DNA of 63,213 nucleotides, the filler included, from Octopus bimaculoides (lineage: Eukaryota): assembly GCF_001194135.2 (NCBI RefSeq). It is 4 parts of 3 records of this genome, joined end to end, with 100 filler letters (N's around TTAATTAATTAA, not from the genome) between each part and the next. Parts side by side here need not be neighbours in the genome. Positions count along the whole stretch, not along the records: positions 1 to 20,719 come from NC_068999.1; positions 20,820 to 28,355 come from NC_068987.1; 2 more parts are not named here. The stretch is one strand, 5' to 3'. The notes beneath the pieces are model-generated. The model did no database searches, was not told where the DNA came from, and saw nothing but the letters and a program-made list of their open reading frames with translations. Each line of letters starts with the position of its first letter. Position 1 is the stretch's first letter. Shown in pieces: positions 11,967-22,157 of the stretch. The position numbers and the translations under genes were made by a program.

Positions 11967-13499
11967 CAATTAACATTATACAATGTTAGTGTAAAATTTA
12001 CCCTCTCCCAGTTGCTGTCTGCTCCCTGCTAAAACTAAAAAGTATAGAATAGTAATAATTTAGGTAACTTTGATAAAAATTAAATCTGAAGGATTTTTTT
12101 TTTAAACAGCAGAAGTTAAAATTTAGCAAAACAGAGTTACCAATCTTTTTCTTTGTCTGTTTGTTAACCTTACCATCATCATCATCATTGAGACTGGCTT
12201 TGGTCTTATACTGTAAAAAAAAACCCCAATTGTTTTAACCATTTCCTTACCGTATTTCTGTTGAAATATTCTACTTTTGTTTCTATTAATTTTGAAAATA
12301 ATGAATTGAGTGAACTAACTTTGTCATTATTATATGTCTGGAACATAAATGGAAATTTTGATGAAATTTTTTAACCCATATATGCCCATAAAAAAAAAAA
12401 ACGAAGTCTTAAAATTTCATTATATTTAGATTCAATGTTACGGTAAGCTTTCACAATCTGGAAGTCAGATGCTTCCTGGCAAGTTTATGTCCAAACAAGT
12501 AGGAGCAGGTTTTGCATTGTAAAAATGCAACCAGGGGTATATATATATGGGTTAATTTAGAAAACTTTGAAGCCTGATGTTTGTATTGTAGCCAGAGAAG
12601 GTCTCAGATGGGTTGGTGCCAAAATGGTTAGTGTTCATATTTAAATTAAGACCATTTATAATTTTGCACAAAAACAAAAGTTTCAATAACAGTTTGATAT
12701 ATGAAAACAAATAGATTATTTTACTGTCTCAATTTTTGATAATTTTAATTAAAACCTAGGTGATGTATTTATGAAAAGTGTAATTAGAAGCACAAATTAA
12801 AAAAAAAAACCCTCAAAAAACAAAAAAGAAACCTCTGCAAAACAAAACTGTGTTGAACTTAAAATTGGTTTTATTGTTTAGATTTTGTCATATTAAATGA
12901 AATTCATTTGTATAGCTTTTGCCAGTGTACTTTGGTGTTAATTGTTGTATTAAAAAAAAAATTCTTTTCTAGCAAGTAAATGTTACATATTTTTTTTTTA
13001 AATTCATTTTGTGCTTTACTGGTTAATCTTCAGATATCCATTTTTTTCTTTTTTTAAAAAACATTTTGTTCATTTTTAGGACAGTAGATTTGATGAACTA
13101 ATTAAGTGTGGTATATGTGAAATGGTAAATTAGTTTGATAGTTAGTTAGATCACTGATTATAGAATTAATTTAACTAAACTATACAGCTTGTATTCTTTT
13201 TGTTAAAACACACTTGTTTGTCTGTTAGCTAAAATCTGTGAATATTCGTTAGTTAATGAGAACGTTTGAAATTTTTGGTTGTGAAGTTCATTAGTTACTA
13301 AACACACGTGTGCATTTATGTGTGTGCACACATACACACACTTGTGTAACAGCTTGGAAATACTTTGCTATTCAGGATAGAATTTCTGTATAGAACAATA
13401 TGTTCTTAATATTGTTCAGCAGTCAAAACAAAGGTGCACAGAGAATTTGCTGAAAGAACAGCCTGTTTTGGAAATATTTGGTGGCATATTGAATAATTA

Positions 13500-13695
13500 A
13501 AGCAACGAGCTGGCAGAACCAGTAGCATGCCAGGCAAAATACTTAGCAGTATTTCACCCATCTTTATGTTCCGAGGTTGACTTTGCCTTTCAGGGGTTGA
13601 TAAATTAAGTACCAGTGGAGTCCTGGGGTTGATGTAATCGACTTACCCCCTCCCCCAAATTTCAGGCCTTGTGACAATAGTGGAAAGGATATTAA
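13500..13695 (+). mobile_element. SINE family B
   Basis: Homology to the 9096-9328 copy. Confidence 0.85.
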
Positions 13696-14671
13696 ATGAT
13701 TAATTGGTATTTGGAAAATGAAATGCATTAACTCTTGACTGTGTGATTAAATTTCATGGTTATTTCGATGTTAATTAATCTACAAAAAATAAAAATCTGA
13801 AAACTTGTCTTTTTTGTAAAGTGTCACTGCAGGTGTGTCCCCACTTCTCACCTGTATAAGGAGCAATTTAGTTGAACCATATGGTTAAAACAGTTTCCCC
13901 ACAGTTAACAGTAATTAAATTTTGAGCAGTTATTTCTGCTTTCCATGTTTGACAGGTTAAATGCATGCTACACAAGGATGCAAATATGTATACATAGAAA
14001 TAATAGATTTTGCTTAGCCCTCGCTGTATAAATATGCTTAAGAGTAAAACCTTAAGCGAGTACAGAACATATCAATTAATTAATGAATGACAAAAGAACA
14101 GGAGCTACATAATCAGCTTCACTAATTTACAGCTGTTTCTCTAAGTAGCAGTGCACTCAGAGCTAAGTGCTTCTGCAACATCTGATAGCTTCCTCAGAGT
14201 CATAGATATTGTAGTATAGGAGGCAAAAATTGATAAGCATTATGTAAGAAACAAACAAAATCTACTCTGAGTATTAAATTTTCCAATACCACCAAATACC
14301 TCTTAAACTGTTGCCTGTATCTAGCTCTCAAAATTTTAAGTTTTGAGATATTCAACATTGTGTTGAATATTACAGAATTGTCATAGATAATCATAAACGC
14401 AACTGGTCTGATGGTACATTATAGAAATGTCTTTTTTTTTCTTCTTTTTCTCTAAATATACAGCAATATTCATTAAATACTTTATTTCTGGACAGTGTCA
14501 ATAAGTTTTGAAAAGATATACAAAACAAAACAAACCACTCAAAAATACATTGGATTTAAAAAAAAGAAAATTTTATTGTCAAAAGCAGAGAAGCAATTCA
14601 GTTCTACTAAAGAATGATTTTTATTATAATTCTTNNNNNNNNNNATTGTTCCCTCTCTTGCACCAAATTCT

Positions 14672-14720
14672 TCAAGTCTTCATATAAAGGTTCATACCAT
14701 TCCGAAGTGAAACAAGTGTG
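14672..14720 (-). CDS. TMEM14C: TMEM14C-like, last coding exon (S-TLVSLRNGMNLYMKT-stop)
   Basis: Acceptor tttttatttccag on the minus strand (14721); ag|c = Ser; stop tga at 14672-14674. AATAAA on the minus strand at 14572-14577 and 14481-14486. Confidence 0.8.
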
Positions 14721-14799
14721 CTGGAAATAAAAATAGAAAAAACAAATGTATGGCTTTTTGAGCTTTATTAGTTTAATTATTCTTAGAAAAACAAACGAA

Positions 14800-15030
14800 C
14801 AACGGGTAATTAATAGATTGGTTGAGTATTTGACAGAAATGCATTGCAGTATTTCTTTTGGCCCCTTTGTTTTTTTATTAAAAGCTGGCTGAGATCAACT
14901 TTACTTTTCGTCCTTTTGGGGCTTAATAAAATACAGTACCAGTAACGAAGTGGGGGGGGGGGATTGATTATTTCAACCAACTCCCCATCTCCTAATACAT
15001 TGCGGGCCTTGTGCCTAAATCAGAAACCAA
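14800..15030 (+). mobile_element. SINE family B (decayed)
   Basis: gagatcaactttacttttcgtcc..aataaaatacagtaccag..gccttgtgcctaaatcagaaacc matches family B. Confidence 0.65.
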
Positions 15031-15116
15031 TAGAGGGCAGTGATTTGGCGGATGCTTTGAGATACCTGAACCTAGTCTCTGTGTTCCGATGACTTTTGAC
15101 AAGTAATGCTCTCAGT

Positions 15117-15255
15117 CAGTGTTTCTCAACCAGGGTTTTCCTCCCCTCCCACCTTATGGACCCCTTTGATTGCCACTTTACTGAGATGGACCCTCAGAGC
15201 CATCCCAGGTTTTAAAAAAATCCCGTTATATTTTTATAATTAAATATTTAGGAAT

Positions 15256-15292
<37 letters not shown>

Positions 15293-15380
15293 TATTTTGT
15301 GTATTGTAGAAGAAAAACCATTTTATTGAAGATGAATTTTAGTAACAAAATCTCATCTGGATTCTGGTTGAGAACCATTG
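15117..15380. mobile_element. hAT (Charlie-like) MITE
   Basis: TIRs cagtgtttctcaacc and ggttgagaaccattg (13/15 match); imperfect 8-bp TSD ctctcagt / ctctaggt. Confidence 0.7.
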
Positions 15381-15574
15381 CTCTAGGTAGTAGATAATAA
15401 TCAAGGGAGATAAATCTAATAGAGTTATTTCCCTTTGCAAAATGGACAAATAGCGAGAAATAGACTGCCAGTTACAGCACTGAAAACAGTTATATCTGGC
15501 CAAAATAGTATACTTGTTTTATGTTCAAACCAACCGGATCAAGCCTCTCACACCTACCCTACAATCATTATCAT

Positions 15575-15720
15575 CATCGTTTAACATCTGCCTTCCATGC
15601 TGGCATGGGTTGGATGGTTTGACAGTAGCTGGCCAGGCAGGAACCTGCAGCAAACTTCTGTATCTGTTTTGGAATGGTTTTTACAGCTGGATGCCCTTCC
15701 CAACGCCAATCACACTGCAG
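15575..15720 (-). mobile_element. SINE family D
   Basis: Reverse complement of the 5441-5665 motifs (ggatgcccttcccaacgcc; ccatgctggcatgggttggatg). Confidence 0.7.
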
Positions 15721-16009
15721 AATCTTGAGGCTACAAGATGATGCCTGATTAATTCAAAATGATGTGAAGATAAATGAGCATCACATTTGACAGAGGAATC
15801 TGAATGCCAAAGGATTAATGGAATGTTTCTTAGAGACGCAAAGAATCTCAGAATTCTTGGCAGAGTCTGTGAGTCTGAACTGCTGGTTCCAAGAATACAA
15901 GTTGAATTGTAAGCTTAGCTTGTAGACATAACCACAAATAACTAAGTCCAATTTCCTGGATGTGTACTTTGTACTCTACTACGCCTGGGTAAAGATGTAA
16001 GCCTGTTGT

Positions 16010-16312
16010 GTGTGTGTGTGTGTGTGTTAACTCCCCCACCCACTGCTTGACAACCAGTGTTGGTGTGTCTGCATCCCTGTAACTTAATGGTTCAGCAAAA
16101 AGACACCGATAGTACCATACTTAAAGAAACACATAAGTACTGGGGTCAGTTTGTTTGACTGAAAACCCTTCAAGGTGGTACCCCAGCATGGCTGCAGTCC
16201 AATGAATGAAGCAAGTTAAGGGTAAAAGATAAAATTTGTTAGATTAAATCCTTTGAGGTAGTGCTCCAGCATGGCCACATTCCAATGACTGATACAAGTA
16301 AATACGAGAAAA
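16010..16312 (+). mobile_element. SINE family A 3' half plus a duplicated tail
   Basis: gcttgacaacc..tgtaactta.tggttcagcaaaa..ccagcatggc..aatga.tga; the tail occurs twice. Confidence 0.8.
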
Positions 16313-16347
16313 AGAAAAAAATGAGAAATAAAACCAAGACAATATAC

Positions 16348-16435
16348 CTAGCAGCTGCTATGACGGCAGCTGGCATTATTTTCCTTGTCATCACAAAACG
16401 GTACCCCATTAAAGCTGTCATGAAAGTGCTGACAC
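16348..16435 (-). CDS. TMEM14C: TMEM14C-like coding exon (C-VSTFMTALMGYRFVMTRKIMPAAVIAAA)
   Basis: Acceptor tttctctgcag, donor gtatat; 88 nt; MGxRF...K.MPA motif of the TMEM14 family. Confidence 0.93.
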
Positions 16436-16523
16436 CTGCAGAGAAAGTAAAATAAATAAATGGATAGATAAATAAATAAAACTGTCAATTTCCACCCTTT
16501 TATTCTTTGACTAATAATAGTTA

Positions 16524-16812
16524 GTGGAGGCGCACTGGCCCAGTGGTTAGGGCAGTGGACTCACAGTCGTGGGATTGCGGTTTCATTTCCCAGACCGGGC
16601 GTTGTGAGTGTTTATTGAGCGAAAACACCTAAAGCTCCACGAAACTCCAGCGGGGGATGGTGGCAAACCCTGCTGTACTCTTTCACCACAACTTTCTTTC
16701 GCTCTTTCTTCCTGTTTTTGTTGTGCCTGTATTTTCAAAGGGTCAGCCTTGTCACACTCTGTGTCACGATGAATCTCCCCCGAGAACTACGTTAAGGGTA
16801 CACGTGTCTGTG
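16524..16812 (+). mobile_element. SINE family C (tRNA-derived head), 3'-truncated
   Basis: A-box tggcccagtgg and B-box-like ggtttcatttcc; homologous to 25339-25725 and 28523-28858. Confidence 0.85.
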
Positions 16813-17027
16813 TAATATAAGAATGTCGAACCAACTATTATGCAAGGACACAAGATCAAAACAATTAGAGAGATATACTGCACACTCATTTTACCTATGT
16901 CAGTGCAGAAAACAAACAAACAAACAAATGAATCCTTAGAAGATGGTGATGGTGATGATGATGGTGGTGGTGGTGATGATAATGATGATAAGAAAGATGA
17001 AAGACAAAAAAATTTTGGTCAGTTTAC

Positions 17028-17129
17028 ATAAGCTAAGTCCAGCATTTTTATGGTCCATAGACATCTGGTATGCACCAACTCCAGCCAGGGTTCCTGTGCT
17101 AATTCCAGCAGCCATTGATATGACACTGC
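17028..17129 (-). CDS. TMEM14C: TMEM14C-like coding exon (G-SVISMAAGISTGTLAGVGAYQMSMDHKNAGLSL)
   Basis: Acceptor gtttttcag, donor gtaaac; 102 nt; GSxxSxxAG..GxLAGxGAYQxSxD motif. Confidence 0.94.
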
Positions 17130-17660
17130 CTGAAAAACCAAAGAGAAAATTATTATTATTATTATTATCATCGTCATCATTCAATGCAAGCATGGAGAAT
17201 GGATTAAAATAATGATGATTCAGTTAAAACAAACACAAAAAGAAAAATCCAAATGTAATTCAAAGAATCTACTGATGTAATTGGCTGTGCATCTCTACTC
17301 TATGTTCATCCTCCAGACATGCACCTCTAAGGAATTTAACTGCTGCCAGATTTTCTAAAGAAATTAAAACCAGCACTGAGTTTGTTATGACATTCCGTAT
17401 CCGAGGCGCCACATGTAAACAACAACGAGATCAAAGATGAAAAATGGATAATGGGTGTACATGCCATATTTCAGGTTTTGGCCCTTTATCACCACCAATC
17501 TAACCCCTTAATTATCCATGAACATATTGCTTAAATAGCCACTATATACAGCAGTGTAATATTATTTGATATATGACAATCCCTCAACTATCATGGGTGT
17601 TATGTTCCAACCCCCACCCCCCGTGATAGGTGAAAATCCGCAAAGTACAAACAGTATTCT

Positions 17661-18233
17661 TTTACTTGTTTCAGTCATTTGACTGTGGCCATGCTGGAGC
17701 ACTGCCTTTAGTCGAGCAAATCGACCTCACGGCTTATTCTTTGTAAGCCTAGCACTTATTCTATCGGTCTCTTTTTGCCAAACCGCTAAGTGACGGGGAC
17801 ATAAACACACCAGCATCGGTTGTCAAGCGATGTTGGGAGGACAAACACAGACACAAACANNNNNNNNNNNNNNNNNNNNNNNNNNNNNNNNNNNNNNNNN
17901 NNNNNNNNNNNNNNNNNNNNNNNNNNNNNNNNNNNNNNNNNNNNNNNNNNNNNNNNNNNNNNNNNNNNNNNNNNNNNNNNNNNNNNNNNNNNNNNNNNNN
18001 NNNNNNNNNNNNNNNNNNNNNNNNNNNNNNNNNNNNNNNNNNNNNNNNNNNNNNNNNNNNNNNNNNNNNCATATATACAACGGGCTTCTTTCAGTTTCCG
18101 TCTACCAAATCCATTCACAAGGCTTTTGGTCGGCCTGAGGCTATAGTAGAAGACACTTGCCCAAGGTGCCACGCAGTGGGAACGAACCTGGAACCATGTG
18201 GTTGGTAAGCAAGCTACTTACCACACAGCCACT
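17661..18233 (-). mobile_element. SINE family A, full length with a gap in its internal microsatellite
   Basis: Tail at 17661, head tggctgtgtggtaagtagc at about 18233; homologous to 42579-42977. Confidence 0.9.
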
Positions 18234-18445
18234 CATTTCGTTATGCATTCGTATCTGAGGCACCAGATGTAAACAACGACATTGAAGATGAGAAATGGGT
18301 AATGGGCGCAGGTGAAGGAGAAAAACCTGAAATATATCACATGCGATTACTTTGACACCTGATGTGTTGTACACTGTGCACTTGTTCAGGCAATGTCAAT
18401 TTGACGGAGGGAGTGAGTTAAGGCACACCACATACATTTGATCAC

Positions 18446-18632
18446 GTATTTCGTCTGCAATTACGTTCTGAGTTCAAATTCCGCCGAGGTCGACTTTGTC
18501 TTTCATCCTTTCGAGGTCGATAAATTAAGTACCAGTTACGCACTGGGGTCGATGTAATCGACTTAACAACTTTGTCTGTCCTTGTTTGTCCCTTCTATGT
18601 TTAGCCCCTTGTGGGCAATAAAGAAATAAGAA
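18446..18632 (+). mobile_element. SINE family B (5'-truncated, aagaaataag tail variant)
   Basis: Nearly identical to the inverted copy at 21928-22157. Confidence 0.88.
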
Positions 18633-19092
18633 CTAGTCTACATCATTGGAGGCAAATGAGGTCGAAGGTATTGAGAGAGAGAGAGAGAGAGAGAGGTGTA
18701 ATAATATTTATATATCTACAAGGTATTTTTGCAATTTCTAATGTTTAACAATACATAGAACATTCATTGCACCAAGGAAATGAATGAATTATCTCCCTCA
18801 ATCCACTTGATCTCAATTACACATAAAGCACAGAACCACTGCCGTGTTAAAATACATAACAGTAGATTAGAACAATCTGGATGATATATCGTTAAGTTTT
18901 TCATGTGGGTGTGTTTTTGACCTTGCACAGGGCTCTGAAAATGAGACAGGAAGTTGAAAAATCAAGGCATATTTATTTAAAAACTTCATTACTGATAGCT
19001 CGGTATTAAGTAGGCCTTAGAAGAGAAGACAACGCAGCAAAGCATAAAAAGCCATTATATAATCTCTCTCTTTCTCTCTCTATATATATGTT

Positions 19093-19331
19093 TGTAATAA
19101 CGAAGCGTGCAAACTAGCCAGTCTTGACTCCACTTATGCGGATACTCTAACGAGTATGTTGTATCTGATTATAGCCGAAAATTCTGGTACCGTACACCAC
19201 TTCTTAAGGTAACACGACATAAACATGTAGTAATTCCTATGTAATAATTAGAGCTCTACATTGAGTATTCCCATCCAGTCTACTTCTAGAAAAGTGGTGT
19301 GATAACTACCGTACGCAGTATTATCGGCTAC
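19093..19331 (-). ncRNA. Candidate structured intronic RNA, class unassigned
   Basis: Nested inverted repeats (tagccga/tcggcta; acaccactt/aagtggtgt; atactc/gagtat) in repeat-free sequence. See findings. Confidence 0.3.
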
Positions 19332-19410
19332 CAAATACAGAACAAGTGAAGAAAAAAATTGGGGTAAACACTATATACAGTTTATACTAGTTAAACACAT
19401 ACATACTTAC

Positions 19411-19580
19411 GTGCAGCTGTCTGTCTGTATTTATTTATCTATGTATATATAGTAATAAAACATAACTAATAAACAAAACAGTTCACTCGAAACTCCGTTA
19501 GTGGAGGTAGAAGAGGAAGCCGGCAATATTGCCGTAAATAATAGAGCCAGAGAAATTTTGTAATGGAACCACGTGCTTTC
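19411..19580 (-). promoter_or_regulatory. Candidate internal promoter and first exon in TMEM14C intron 1
   Basis: E-box cacgtg at 19570-19575, 14-bp palindrome cggcaatattgccg at 19521-19534, pyrimidine initiator-like cttcctcttctacctcc (19519-19503) and consensus donor cac|gtaagtat at 19410. Confidence 0.3.
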
Positions 19581-20405
19581 TCGCTATTCCTCAGTTTTCG
19601 TAATAAGTTTGAGGGAGAGATGAGGAATATAATATCGAATGTTTTAGGAATATTCATTTGCTTTTGCCGATGAAGTGACAGAAATTACTAGACCAGTACA
19701 ATTTATGGATACGACTGGTAAAAGTACAACATCGGCATTCCAGAGAAAGCAAAGTCCCCTTACATCAAGGACATAATGTCATACATACTATTTGGCTTTT
19801 TGCAATTATGAGATAAATCTATTTTCATTTTAGATACGGAAAAATCTTATAAACATTACTGATTTTGTTGCATTATAAAAATTGTATTTCCTATAATTTT
19901 TTTGCCGCGAACAGGTACTTGTCAGTATACTCGTTCTGTGACACACTTTCAATCTTGTATAATATATATACTTATAATTGCCTTTACAATTATATTTACT
20001 CTTCTAGACGAAACAGATACATTTGTTTCTGTAAAGAATCAATATTTTTTCCCTAATTTCTAGCGACAACAGTAGAATAAAGGAAAAATTCGTTAAAGTG
20101 CTTTGACTCTCAGTTGTAAACATTTTGATTGCATTTTTAGGTCGCTGATAAAGAACCTAATTAAAGACAAGAAAGTAACATACAATATCACGTGCATTAA
20201 ATTAAATCTATATACAACAAGTATCGGCAACACAAGAGCCAAAATGTTCTTTTAACAACCTTTAAACATCTCAACAGATAAAAGGGGTTCAGATATAACA
20301 AGGCTTAATTATAATTTTGGGGGTACCAAACTATTGTTTGCTATTTCTAAAAGCTGGGGAAACGGGTGGAGAATAAGTAATAAATAAAGCCCCACAAAAA
20401 CTTAC

Positions 20406-20481
20406 CACTCTTAACATACCCCATGATGCCACCTAAAATCAAGGTGGCTGAATAAGCAGTCCCTATATAATCGATCGGCAT
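20406..20481 (-). CDS. TMEM14C: TMEM14C-like first coding exon (MPIDYIGTAYSATLILGGIMGYVKS-G)
   Basis: ATG at 20481 in aaaaaATG context, donor gtaagt at 20405; DxxGxxY..GG..GYVK motif. The four exons total 315 nt (104 aa plus stop) in one frame. Confidence 0.92.
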
Positions 20482-20820
20482 TTTTTAATGTTATTATGTT
20501 GTATTTCTTCTCGGAAACGATGTAAATAAAAATAAAACGGATATATGTCAAGGGAGGTAACTCTCTTGTCTTGCTTCTTTTTCTCTTTATTTCTAAAGAA
20601 CGATGTATGTGTGTGTGTATGTATGTATATATATATGTGTATATATATGTATATATTTATATGTATATGTATATATACACATGTATATACATATACATAT
20701 ATATATATGTATATATGTGNNNNNNNNNNNNNNNNNNNNNNNNNNNNNNNNNNNNNNNNNNNNTTAATTAATTAANNNNNNNNNNNNNNNNNNNNNNNNN
20801 NNNNNNNNNNNNNNNNNNNA

Positions 20821-21172
20821 ATGGAAAAACTTTCAAAATACAAAGACCTGGAAATAGAGATAACTCGAATGTGGAATCTAAAAACAGAAACAATTCCTAT
20901 CATAGTAGGTGCCTTAGGTATAATAAAAAAATATTCACACAAATACATAACAAAAACACCAGGACTTACAAATATATATAACATACAGAAAATTGCACTA
21001 CTGGGTACTGCACACATTCTACGCAAAACACTTTCAATACAGTAAACATAAGAGCACCACAGCAAACCACAGCACATACCCAAGGCGCACAGAGCTGCGC
21101 TCGGTAGTGAAGTGAAAGCACGTTATAAAAATAAAACTACTGAATAATAATAATAATAATAATAACAATAAA
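20821..21172 (+). mobile_element. R4/Dong-like (RLE) non-LTR retrotransposon 3' end with (TAA)n tail
   Basis: EKLSKYKDL (KxxKYxxL RLE motif), IPIIVGALG, QKIALLGTAHILRKTL; stop at 21043-21045, short 3' UTR, then (aat)n. The 5' part runs into a gap. Confidence 0.8.
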
Positions 21173-21299
21173 TGCCCGGATGCAGTACCAAGCAGTAGCT
21201 CTCATGGCTTCCGATCTTAATTGATTGGAAGTGTTATCATGTACATTGTTTTGTCTTGGTATAAAAAACATGGGCTACAGTAAATGTTCTGCTTATTAC

Positions 21300-21852
21300 C
21301 ACAGATTTACTTGTTCTGCATTTTCTACAATGCCTTTCCATCTCTCTAGCAGGCTTGCAAGGCCCCTCTTTCAAAATTCACTTCTCTGAGACGAAAAATA
21401 CTACTCCCCTACTGACCTCGTCTACAGAATTCATATTTATTCCATCCAGATAATTCCGAGGACTGCGGAATAAATGATAATCAGAGGTGGGCAATGTCCG
21501 GCAAATATGATGCGTGCGGCATCATTTCGAATTCAAACTGCTCCAGCATTTGGAATGTCTTCTTTGCTGTATGTCCCTGAGAATTAACCTGACGGAAGAA
21601 CAACAAAGAGGATCGTTTTGCTTCTAGCGCTGACTTGAATGACTGACCATTCTGCAAGATACGCCGAATCTGCTCCTTTGTCACTTCAATTATATTTTGA
21701 AAAAATAACTGTGAAGATCGAACTGCACTCTTCAAAACTTGCACTAAGTGTAAGGACAAGTCAAAATTACTTCCTGTTTTTATAGCAAGTTGATGCAGGT
21801 AGTTTATCCCGTCCCCTCCGGCATTTAGTTCATGCAATTGAAAAAACCGCAT
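21300..21852 (-). mobile_element. Decayed mariner transposase relic
   Basis: NSQGHTAKKT..MPHASYLPDIAH then, after a frameshift, YHLFRS; resembles the mariner DNARPH..PHPPYSPDLAPSDYHLF motif. Confidence 0.7.
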
Positions 21853-21927
21853 TACTTATGGGATGAACCAATATATATGTGTGTGTGCATGTGTGTGTGT
21901 GTGTGCTATGGGCTTCTTTCAGTTTCT

Positions 21928-22157
21928 TATTTCTTTGTTGCCCACAAGGGGCCACACACAGATGAGACAAACAAGGACAGACAAATGGATTAAGTCGATT
22001 ACATCGACCCCAGTGCGTAACTGGTACTTAATTTATCTACCGCGAAAGGATGAAAGGCAAAGTCGACCTCGGCGGAATTTGAACTCAGAACCTAACGGCC
22101 GACGAAATACCGCTAAGCATTTCGCCCGGTGTGTTAACGATTCTGCCAGCTCGCCGT
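21928..22157 (-). mobile_element. SINE family B inserted in a family A copy (A continues 22158-22300)
   Basis: 15-bp TSD cttctttcagtttct at 21913-21927 and 22158-22172. Confidence 0.88.

Noticed and set aside
17381-18306. About 70-bp direct repeat at 17381-17455 and 18236-18306
   Set aside because: A real duplication, but it lies next to a pogo/Tigger-like end (about 17575-17660) and a SINE insertion, so it is most simply transposon debris.
19751-19759. aaagtcccc resembling the RNase MRP CR-I motif
   Set aside because: Lacks the preceding G and no matching P4 partner lies at a suitable distance.
20720-20819. ttaattaattaa centred in 100-bp N blocks (also 28356-28455 and 59816-59915)
   Set aside because: Assembly spacer with stops in all frames, not biological; order and orientation across these joins are uncertain.
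21046-21172. R4/Dong-like element as the mobilising partner of SINE family B
   Set aside because: The 3' ends share no sequence, and the tails are opposite strands of the repeat ((AAT)n versus (TTA)n).
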